This document shows, in pieces, positions 1 to 11,400 of a stretch of 64,000 nt of DNA; position 1 is the first letter of the stretch; each line of letters starts with the position of its first letter. The notes under the pieces were generated by a model. It was given only the letters and a program-made list of their open reading frames with translations. It made no database searches and had not been told where the DNA came from. The stretch comes from Monocercomonoides exilis PA203 (lineage: Eukaryota > Protista > Preaxostyla), in assembly GCA_001643675.2 (NCBI GenBank), contig LSRY02000038.1, forward strand, positions 372,001 to 436,000. Reading direction: 5' to 3'. Position numbers and translations under genes: made by a program.

Positions 1-249
1 GAAAGAGACTCTTTCGAATTGGCTTTTATCTTTAAGGCGATAGTCAAACAGAGCAGATGAAAAAAGATGAAACAAGCTAAAAATCTTCAGCCAAATTCCA
101 CATTTTGCATTAAATGCACACACAACATAAATTCAAAAATAGAGTGAAATTTCTTCATCAATGAGAATGCAGCATGTTCATTCATAAGAAAAAAAGAGAG
201 AGAACGAAACACCAAAAGATAAATGAAGTGAATGAAAAATAAAAGTGAA

Positions 250-1712
250 TCAGCAATGAACAAAATAATCTTCAACATATTGAATCAAAACATAACCACC
301 AAATATCCCTTTAAAAAAACAATAACGCAAACTTATAATGCCATCTTCATATCCTTCTTCTTCCAATCTGTCAAACACCTTTCTTTTCATGTCTTTTTGT
401 TTTGCTTTTTCGTTTTCTTTTTTATTCACCTTCTTCAACCTTTCACTAACATTTTCGAAAAATTTCAAACAATCCTCAACTGATGTTTTCATAAAATCAA
501 ATCGGACAATTTCTCCCAAAGCTATATTTACAGCTCCACTTTTCAACAAATCCTCAATTTCCACAGTAGTGTTATAAGATACAGTTTTTAATAATCTAAT
601 GCATTCTTCACAAATTTCTCTGTGATTATCCTTTGCTACTCGATACACCTGAACAATGCTCTCAATAAGAACAGCACGTTCTTCATTCCTTAATTGACAC
701 TTTCCGAAATAAATATTCACTGTTTCGAGCCATCTCTCCAAAAGATTTTTTTCTTCCATTTCCTTCAATTTATCTTCATTTTTCTTCCAATCTACACATT
801 TCATCAACTCTTCCAATTCTCTTGCTGCCTCTCTCGTAAAATGCAGCTCATTCGCAATAACTTCTTCCAGGCTTTTGTCCCAGTAAAATTTGTTCATCAA
901 AAACTGCCAAGCTGACTGATAAGCAACTCGCGTCAAGTTGCGATGCTCCTGATGATATTGGATGATTTCTGTTATCTTATTCAAATACAGTTCTTGTTCA
1001 ACATACTGAAAATAAAAATAATGAAAATAATACAATGATATCAAAAGTGTAACATAAACACTCATACATGATAATCACTGACGTTTCTCAAAGCCATTAA
1101 AGCGATTTCCACCTCTTTTTGTATTTCCTCGTTTTCCTCTTTCTTCAATGCAATCTTCAGAAGACAAGGCACACAAATTGATAGTAATTCGGGTGGGAAA
1201 CCAGATCTTAGAGAAATATAGCATTCGCAAAGATCAATCATCAGCTTTTCATTCTTTTCTTCTTTTTTCTGTTCTTCTTCAACAATCATTTTCTCAAAGC
1301 TTCTATTCAATGAAGACTCTTGAAAACCGGAAAGCCAAATATTTTTTATAACTCTGCAATATCCAGCATGCTTCAACAGTAAAATTGCATTTTTCATGGA
1401 AAGCTTCCTTTCTTCAATCATTTTATCCATTTTATCGAACAACTCTGTTGTGATAATGGATTTGAATTCATTATAATTCATTTCATCAACTATTTCATTC
1501 ATTTCTCCAATTTTCTGCTTCTGTTCAGCTTCAGTGAATTGTTCCAACTGTGAAAGTATCTCTAAAAAAATTGAAAAATCAAAAGGGAAAAAAGAAGCAT
1601 TTATTTTTTAAACCAACAATTTCTTATCACGTTTTGCAAACCGAGAAATATTAGCTTTTTTGAAGGTGGATGTGAAATCGCAAAATGAATTCAAAACAAC
1701 AAATAAATTCAT
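250..1712 (-). CDS. Hypothetical helical protein of a lineage-expanded family (~443 aa, 3 exons)
   Basis: ORFs 1062-1547 and 250-1065 join in frame via intron 1006-1067 (GTATGA...TTTCAG), giving SDYH|YVEQELYL. A second intron at 1562-1630 (GTGATA...TTTTAG) links a first exon with ATG at 1712. The motifs EQKQKIGEMNEI, LCECYISL and HQEHRNLTRVAYQSAWQFL recur, degenerate, at 14.2-15.5 kb. Confidence 0.75.
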
Positions 1713-1919
1713 TTTCGAAATATTCGTTGAATATTCGAATTAAAAGAATTAAAAACACAAAATCAAAATTTTTTAAATAATACAGGATTCGAAGCCTCTT
1801 TTGCCATCAATGATTTTTGCCTCAAAGCAAGAAAATCAATGAAGCAAAATTGTCCTTCTTTTGTCAAAATAAATAAGGGTGGCCAACCTATAATTTTATA
1901 ACTGATTTTTTATTCTTGG

Positions 1920-2560
1920 TGATTTGCATCAGCCTGAGCATGTTTGAGCTGCTTAGGCACACAGCCACAGATGCACCAATGCGAGCTATAGTACTGCATT
2001 AGAAAAGGGATTTTTCTAACAGATGGAGGAGCGAGTGACTGTTTATATCGATTGCTTGCGAAAAGTGAATTGGTGGAGAAAACTAGCATGAAATTTGAAC
2101 TTGGTTATATATAACAAAACATATGGTGCAACGCTGGCTGTTATGTTATGAATGAAAAATAACTCAAACAAGATGCAGAAAAAGCGAGTTGAATTTCAGA
2201 AAGATTGAATTGCACTGCTTGTTCATTTCGAGGGAAATATTGTGTACTTTGCATATCTTATACTCTGTACTTGTTTTGCGTGATTTTTGGTGGAAAGTTT
2301 GTTTCGCGGAAGAGGAAAGGGAATTGGGGGTTGGACAATGGAGGAAGCGAGTTGAACGAAGCACTCAGCAGGCCTCAATTACAATCTCATTTGCATTTTG
2401 CATGAATCCTACTGACATGCTGTCAACAAAGACATGGCGTTGAATAAGTCATTGAAAAGGAGTTCATTACTTTATCATTTGGTGAATATTTATTTTCACT
2501 TGCATCATTATCGGTTTAACAAAAAATACTCTGCTTTCGATGATGTTCTATGCAAGTCTT
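1920..2560 (+). pseudogene. Possible heavily decayed DIRS-like RT/RNase H remnant
   Basis: Broken frames contain, in the expected order, LASA*ACLSCLGTQ, DCLRKVNWWRKLA*N and EEERELGVGQW. These resemble the RT-RNase H connection of DIRS retroelements. Many stops and frameshifts. Confidence 0.3.
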
Positions 2561-5407
2561 TATTGTCCAGTTGTCTGTGTTTTTTATGCGGTGAGAGGCA
2601 ATCTTAGAGAACAAGAAAGCCAGCTAAGTTGATAATTTTCAATCCATTGGAGATGGGAAAATAATTCAAGATCAAAAAAGATGGTTTGTCTTTTTTATTA
2701 TATTCATGTTTCTTAAATGGTGTGTTTTCAATAAATACAGATTGATCATGAACAGGAATGCCATGGAAAAAAATCTTCTTTTCATTTCGCAAAAGAGCAG
2801 AAATTTTGTAATTATTCATGTCTGGATTGCATTCAACGATGACACTCGGGACTTTTATCATCTGTCTTGAATGCTATATCATTTGACTTTGCTCAACATG
2901 GGCTTGAAAGAGAGAAGAAGCAGTTTGTCAGGATCATTTGTTGAGTTAATTTTGCAGAAGCTACTCGTTTATCGGAGCTGATAAGCTAACTGAGTATTCT
3001 CATTCAGAGCGCATCCAACTTTTTTTGTGACTTGTCATTGCTCTTTGTTATTTCAGAAAACTGTTTGATGGAAACAGCCAACTGGAAGATTAAATGGCAA
3101 GACTCGCTATTTCTGGTGAAATATTCAGAATTGAATGAAGTGCGAAAGGAATTAGGAAATTTTCAAAAAGAAATTTGAGTTGGAATTAATAATGGAGTGC
3201 ATCAAAGAGGAGGAGAAGAGAGAGGAGGGAAGATGCAAAGATGGAATGGAAAATAAGGATAAATTGGAATGAAGAAGAAAAGCAGATTTGAAAAAAAGAG
3301 AGAAGAGAGAAAGAACTTAGCAATTTTTTGGGGGAAAGAGAGGATAATGTTTTAGGAGAAAGAGAAAGAGAGAGAGAAATATATTTTTTGGAGGAATTGA
3401 AGCATTAAATTAGACAAACAACTGAAGCTATTGCAGAAGAGGAGGAGGAAGAAGAAGAATTAAAAGGAAGAGGAAGAGAAGGAAGAGGAAGAGGAAGAAG
3501 AGAAAGAATTGTTTCTTTTGAAGATTTCTCCACTTTTCATGAAATGATGACTGAAAAATAAACCAAAAGAGAAGAAGAAGAAATATCAGATGTTGGATTA
3601 AAGAAATGAAGAAGAAGAAAATGATTGAAATAATAATTCCGGCAAACTCCCAAATAGATCTACTGGAACGGGGAATTTGGCATAAAGATACAATATGGTT
3701 ATCACTGAAATAGAAAAAAATTTAAACGGTATGTTTTCATCTATTATATAATTGTTTTTTATGTAAATGATTTTGTACGGAAACGTTTTTTCATGAAATC
3801 AATATAATCAGAAAAATCTTGATTTTCAAATTATTAATGGGATAAGATCAAAAAATGATAATTGTTTTAAAAATCATAAAACCGAGATCCGGTTGTGCAA
3901 AAAGATAAAAAAACGTTTTTAATGATTGAGATGTTTGTTTAGGAGATGGAGATGGAGAAAATTGCTTCGGAAAACATCCTTTTGATGAAATAAGAGTTAT
4001 GAATAAACAAAAATGATTTATTTTTTTATTTTTGTTAATAACACATTTCCGCAAACTTTTATCATACAGCACGTGCTTGAAACAACATATATGATCAGAA
4101 TATGGTGTTATAAGTGAAATTTGCAAAACGCTATATTGCACTATTATGCCGAGAATTATTTCTCCGGATGCTGCTAATTCTCCGGATGTGGTTCAAAAAT
4201 ATTGACATGAGGCATTTTGAGGCTATCAGCAGAAGAAATGTGAAAGACGAAGGAAAATGAGAAAGAAAACACACTTTCTATTTTGATGCATGTGATGAGG
4301 AACAGAATATACAGAGAAAAGAAAGATGGAGAAAAAAGATTGGACTGATTAAGTTGAAGAAAAAAGGAAAAAGATGAATGGAGACGAGAAAAATGGTGAA
4401 AAAAGAATGGAAAGAATGAAAAAGATAAAGAGAAAGAAAGAAAGAAATGGAAAAAGAAATAGAAAAAGAAAAAGAGAAGAACAGAGAAGAGAAGAAAAGA
4501 AAAGAGAAATAAAAATGGAAAAAGAGAAAGAGAAAGATGCACAAAAGATATTTTCATATTTCTATCAACAAAACAACTGAAGTGAAAACTTAAAAAAAAA
4601 TAACATTGAATAGAAATTTTCTTCATCGCTATCATCTTCCTCTTTGTTTTGTTCAAATTCTTTTTCTTCTTCCCCTTCCAAAATTTCACCTTTCTCCCCT
4701 TCTTTCCTATCCGCAGAAGAAGATCCTTTATCTTCGAATTATTCTTTTCCCTCTTCTTCTTCTTCTTCTTCTTCAAATTCTTCTTCTTCTTCTTCTCTGC
4801 CTCTCAGCGATTTCGCAATAGAAAACACACAAATAGAAACTTTTTCAATCAGTTCAGGTGCAAAATCTGTTTCCAGAGAGAAAAAAAGCAAGTGAAAATG
4901 AATAAATAAATGAAAAAAGAAAATTGGATAATGAAATAACAAATAGAGTGAAATGAAACAATCTGTATTTTTCACAAAGTTTTGCTGGAAAAAAAAAAGG
5001 AATTTTGGTTGATAACCGAATATTTGGGATGAAATTATTTGCTTTATGAATTTTGTTCCACCATTTGTTTTTGAATCTTTTTCGTTGCAAAATAATTCTT
5101 CAATAAAATTTTTGATGAAAATGAAAACTGTTATCCAAACATTGTTTTTCAAACAAGTCGATTGATTTTAAAAAGATGAAGGATTTCAAATGAAAAACAA
5201 AAAAATGTGTAATTTTCATATTTTCCGAAATATGAAGGAACAATTGTTGTTTAAACAAAATATTTTAAGTTATCGCATAATATTTGTCTTTATTGAATTA
5301 TTATAATAAAGTTCCGATTGAAATTTCTTTTTTAAAGGATGATCATAAATGACCCTTAATAATAATAATTCAGAGAAGAAAAAAGAAAATTGATTTATCT
5401 CATCAGA

Positions 5408-8400
5408 ATGAATCTAATGATGGTTATTGCTGCAATATTGGTGAACATTATTAATTTGCATTGCTTGTGCAACGATGCCACAAATGACAAAGTTGGAACA
5501 ATTCCAGAATTAAATGTTTTGCAAAAAATTCCTGCAAGTGATTGGACAACTTCAACTGAAGCTGAAAACAATAACAATATAAAGGAAACTTATGTGCAAG
5601 CACAACATTGTGAAACAAGTTCTAAACATGAAGAATCTGAGAAATGGAAAGAAAAATGGAGAATGAATCAAAACAACAGAATTGAATCAGCAAACACAAA
5701 CACAAACAGGAATATCGTCAAAATTGAAGGAGACACATCAAATATTAGCATCCACAATGAAAAGAAGATTGAAGAAGGAATTGAAGAAAGCAAGATGAAA
5801 AGTCACATTATTCTGGATAATTCATCTCTGTTGTGCATGAATTTGGGGATGATGGCAAATGGATTAACAAGTTCATTAGCCTTAAGAACTGAAAGTGTTG
5901 CGATGATAATTGGATGCCATTTTGAGGTCAGAAGCGAAATAAGTCCATTTGATTTGTGTGGGAGTCAAATTCATTTTTCAAACTTGACACTTCGATTTTG
6001 GAATTCACAGCAGACCCACATGCCTCCTCTTTTCTCCACGCAAATGAGTGGGTCGAAAAGTCACTCAGCCAATTGTGTTTCTGTTTGCTCGTCACGTTTT
6101 TCATCATTCCAGATGTCTTCTCCTCCATTTCTGTCTTCTCACTTTATTGAAGGGGTTTCACTCACAAATTTGATTTTCTCCAACATTTCAACAGTTCCAA
6201 CACGCAGAGGAATTCCTTTTGATTTGGGATGTGGATGTTCCACTCTGATGGATGACTGTTCATTTTCATCAGTCTGTGATGTGTATGATGGAGGGATTGT
6301 TCCTTCTCTGAACAGTCCCTTGGCCTCTTTGGCAGCCTCAAACACCTCTTTTGTTGGATGCACACGCACAGGAAATGTTGAATTCATTGGAAGCAAAGAA
6401 AACCCATCGAAGCCAGGGAGACAGAACGAAACAGAAAATGGGCAAAACACATTTATTTGGTGCGAGTGGAACGGATCGAGGACAACAGGAAATGGTGAGA
6501 CATTTGGCGATGGTACTTCGAACGGTGGTGCGATTTTCATAAGTGGTCAATCATCAGCCACTGTTTCAGTTTCGCATTGTGCATTCAAGGAATGTGTTGC
6601 TCACTATGCAGGTGGAGGGATTTCATGCTTTAGCATTAAATCAGTTGAGATTGCGAATAGCACATTTAACGATTGTTCTGCTGAAAATTGGGTTGGAGGA
6701 GGGGCATTTGCTTGCAATATTTCTTCATGCATTCGAATAAGCGGATGTGAATTCCAAAATTGCAAAGCAAATTGTCAAGGGGGAGGCCTTTATCTTGAAG
6801 ATTTTGAACTGTCAGAAACTGGATGCGTTGCGGAAGAAAATGGAGGAGGGGAGAGTGCATGTGTGTATGATTGCAGTTTTGCTTCTTGCTCAATTACAAA
6901 TTCATATGGCGGAGCCATATATTGCACCAACAATCCAATTTCATTCAAGATGAAGAACGTTAGATTTCTTTTTTGCTCTGCTTTTTCATATGGGGGGGCA
7001 TTACGTATATTCACTGATAAAGCAACAAAGCCAGGAGATTTGCATTATTGTTATTTCCTTTTTTTTTGTGAATGCACATGCAAAACAACATCCACTCCAT
7101 TTGGCCATGACGTTGCATATGCAGATTATTACAAACATTTTTTGGATTCTGGAAATCCGTTCCTTGAGTGCTATTCTTCAAATACTGATGACAGAAGATT
7201 ATTTTATGAGCACTTTGATGGTACTAATTTTGTGAACAAGCACACTGAAAAGAAGTGGTGGTTGAAAAATGGAGTTCTCAATCGTCTTGTGGCTGCTGAG
7301 GGAGGCGTTGAAGACGATCTGTGTGGAATTGATGAGTCAAGTGCATGCAAAACCATTGGTATTGCTGTCAATCGAAGCGCAACACAATCGAGCTTAATTG
7401 TCACCCTGATGGAAGGGAATCACAAAAACGAAGAGACAACAATTGAAACAAATTTGAATAAGATGAGAGTTGAAGGGAAAGGAAGAGGAACAAGCATTAT
7501 TGGAACATATTCGCTTTCTTCTCCTTCAACAACGCTGTTCGGCGTGAGGAGTGGGCAGCTGAAGATTCTTCATCTGGGAATTGAACACAACTCTGAAAGA
7601 GATTCTTCACCGAATGTGTTTGTTGTTTCTGGTGGGAGTGGGTCACTCTCATTGGAGGATGTTCTGATCTCGTCAAGTGTTGCTGGAACGAATGTTATAT
7701 CATCATCTGTATTTGTAGTGGAGCTGTCACAGCTGAGGATGATTGATGTGGAGATCAAAGATATGAAAGTGAGTCAATCTCTGTTCTCAGAACCATCATC
7801 AGGAGAAGCTGAATCAGAAGAGAGTTTTCTGTCAAATGTGACAATTCGGAATGTGAATCTGACTGAAGGAGATGGGGTGGTTGTGGCAAAGAATGTGAAT
7901 GGAGATGAGACATTTGTGGTGAGCAACACAACAATTGAGGAATGTGTATGTGAGAATGGGAATGGCGGAGGAATATATGTTTGTTTGCAAGGAAATGGGA
8001 AAGTGGTTGTGAATGGAACAAGTTTGATTGATGGATGTGTTGCAATGGGTATTGAAGGAAATGGAGGGAGAGGAGGAGGATTATATGTGGTGATGGAGAG
8101 TGGGGGATGTGGGTTGACAATTGGAGAGAATGTTGAGTTTTCGAAAGTGAATGTGAATGTTGCAGAATATGGGAAGGATGTGTTTGTTCATTGCAGGACT
8201 GGTGTGTTTTTGGAGTCAAAAGTGAATACAAACACATTTGCATTTTTTGACACTAGTGAAATTCCATTGGATGTGTTGAAGTTGAGTGGGAGTGAAAATG
8301 GGGATGAAAGTGGAGTGATTCCACTGTTTGTGTATTTTCATTCATTAGGAACGAAAATAATTGTTGATGGGAGTGGAGGAAATGGAATGGATCACAATCG

Positions 8401-11400
8401 ATGTGGATTTGATGAATTCAGGTGTTTGACAGTTGATTATTGTGTGAACTCAAGACTGAGCAGTGCAGTGAATGAAATAGAGGTTGTCTCATCTTCATCC
8501 ATCAAGGATGAAATTGAATTTTCTTCATTTGATGTGATAATTTCAGGCAGAATAATATCATCAGAGGAGGAGGAGATGATGCAAGTGGACGTGAGTGATG
8601 AAGGATCAGCCACACAAGACTGGCTTGTTGGATGTTCGAGTTCACTGACAATGAGCCGACTTTCATTTGTTGTGAAAGGTCAGTTGAATTCGAGGAGAAG
8701 TGCATTTATTCATTCAACATCAACACTCAACATGACGAACTGTTCAGTCTCATTTGAGAGTGGGGCATTGACCAATGGAAAGATAGGATATAATGTGATA
8801 AACATTGAGGGAGGAGTGTTGATTGTTGATGGATTTGTGATGGAAAGTTCAGTGACAATGAATGGGAAATCGCTAATAGCGATGTCAAATGGAATGAAAT
8901 TGGAGATTTTGAATAGCAGAGTGAGTGGGGTGGAAGTGGAAGGAGGGAGTGGAGGAGGGGGATGTTTGAATGTGGAGATGAAAGAAGATGGAAGTGCAAA
9001 AGTTGAAGAATGTAATTTGTCATCAACATGCTCAGATGGAAGAGAGATGAAAGGTGGAGGGGTGATGATTTCAGTGGGGAAGGGAGGGAGTTTGGAAATG
9101 AAAAATGTGAACTTATCAGGATGTGTTGTGCCAACAGAGGATGTTGAGGATGGAGGAAGAGGAATGGGAGGAGGGATGTTTGTTGAGCTTCCTGATCAAA
9201 TGGGATCATTTGTTTTAGAAGGAATGGAATTTGAGGGATGCGATGCCTGGAAAGGGAAGAAAATGTTTGTGTCAGGATGGGATCTGAGAGAGATTGTGAA
9301 CAAGGAGCACTTCATATGGGAAATGAATGAAGAGGAGTTGAAGTCATTGGATGAGTTGTGTGGATGGGAGAGGAAGACAACAGGAGAGGAGGGATATGTG
9401 ATTCCATTGGTTGTGTATTTGTGGAGTAATTGGAGCGGAAATGGGTTTGTTTCGAGAGAGAAAGGAGGAGACTTCAGTGGGTGTGGATATTCGGAAGCAC
9501 CATGTTCATCAGTTGATCACTTAATATCGCTGAGATATTCAATACTTGGAGAAGGCGAATCACACATAAAGATTGTGGGAACAGGATTGCTCCAGAAATC
9601 GATTTCATTTTTATCATCATCATCGTCATTATCAATAACTCCAGTTGTGTCAATTGAGGGAGAAAATGAAGGAACAATTTTGAAAGTGAGCGAAGAAGGG
9701 GGAATGATAACATCGAATGTTGTTGTTTCATTCACTAATTTATCATTTTCTCTTCCAAATGAACTTGTTTCTCATTCATCGCTCATTCACTCAGCAACAT
9801 CCTCAGCAACATCACTTTCAATCAAGAGGTGCTCATTTGTTTGTGAGGATTCAACAAAGGAAACGAAATATTGTCTGATAAAAGCAGATGGAGGGAGTGT
9901 GGTGATTGATGATTGCACCCTTTCCCAGTTCAATCTGGCAAAAGGGTTTGTCGAATTCACAGCAGATGTGAAGAGTGCAGATGTGATGAATGTGTCAGTT
10001 TCGAACACAACAATCTCAGGAAGCAGTCTGATATCGCTGAGTCAGCCATCCCCAACAAATGTGTTGATCAACAAAGCAAGAGAAAACACAAAACAAATCG
10101 TGAGGGTGAACAGCTCCTCATTTGTGAACATCACATGTGTGGAGAACAGGGCAAGTGTGATGAGTGTGGGATCGTTCTTGAATGGGATGGAATGTGTGAT
10201 TGAAGGGTGTGTGCTGACGAAGTGCATGAGCGAGAGAAGCTTGGAAGGAGGAGGGATGAAGATGTTGATGAAGAGAGGAGAGTATGAGGTGAAAGTGAGT
10301 GGGTGTTCGTTTGGGATGTGTGTGTGCTCAACAGGGAATGGAAGGGGAGGAGGGATGATGATTGATGCACTTGATCCGAATGGGGAATGCACAAACACGG
10401 AAATGCCACCACTTGGGCTGAGATTGGAGAACATCCGATTCATGATGAATGATGCGTTTGTGAGGAAGGATGTGTTCATCCGATGCGACTCGATTGAGTT
10501 GCAGCTGAATGAAAGGCTGTTTGGATTGGACTTCAGCCAGGAGGCACTGAAGGGGAAGGACTCGATGTGTGGGAGTGACGGAGAAGGGAAAGTTGATGTT
10601 GATCTGATCCCACTGATCACATTCTATTATTCTTCACAGGTGTTTGTGTGTGTGAATGGGAGTGACAACAGGCAGTGTGGAGCACAGAACCATCCGTGTG
10701 AGAGCATTGGAAATGCTGTGCAGCACATTCAACGAAGCATGATGAATGTATTGTGGATTGATGGGGAAGGGATGATGGGAGAGGAATGTGTGATTGGGGA
10801 TGCGAGGATGATGTCGATGGGGAGGGAGAAGGCGACAGCGCATTTTGAAGGGAAGACAGAGGAAAGCGGAGGGGAGAGGAGCATGATGGTGTTTGTGAAT
10901 GAGAGTGTGGTGGAGAGGTGTTTGTTTGTGTTTGGAGAGATGTTTGAGAGCACGCACAAATATGTTGTGAAAGTGAAGGAGGGGCGGATGGTGATGAATG
11001 AATGCTCATTTGAGGGTTCATCCAGTGAGATGGGAAAGAAGCTGAAGAACACACTGGTTGGGGTGGAGGGAGGAGAGATGGAGATGGTGAGATGCACAAT
11101 CAGGCACATCCGTCATTGTGGCAGATTGGTTGTGTTCAGTGGGGAATCATCGAGAGTGATAATGAGTGAGACAAGGATTTGGGATGTGGAATCAGAGGGA
11201 GATGTGGTTGTTGTGGAAGGGGAGGCGAGGGTGAATGTGAAAGAAGTGGGGATGGAGAATATCACAATAATGGGGGAGTGGAGTGTGATGGCTATGAGAG
11301 GGTGTGGAGATGGGAATCTTTCAAACTGCACATTCAGTGGGTGTGAGAGTGGAAGAGAGAAGGGAGGGATTGTTCTGTTGAGCAGTTGTGAGGATGTAAG

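Noticed and set aside
1006-1067. Programmed frameshift between ORFs 1062-1547 and 250-1065
   Set aside because: A 62-nt GT-AG intron joins them in frame.
2880-5152. ORFs rich in F/S/L or K/E/R (e.g. 4174-4776, 4739-5152)
   Set aside because: They derive from purine/pyrimidine-skewed low-complexity sequence with frequent stops and no recognisable domain. The region may be a decayed gene but cannot be called.
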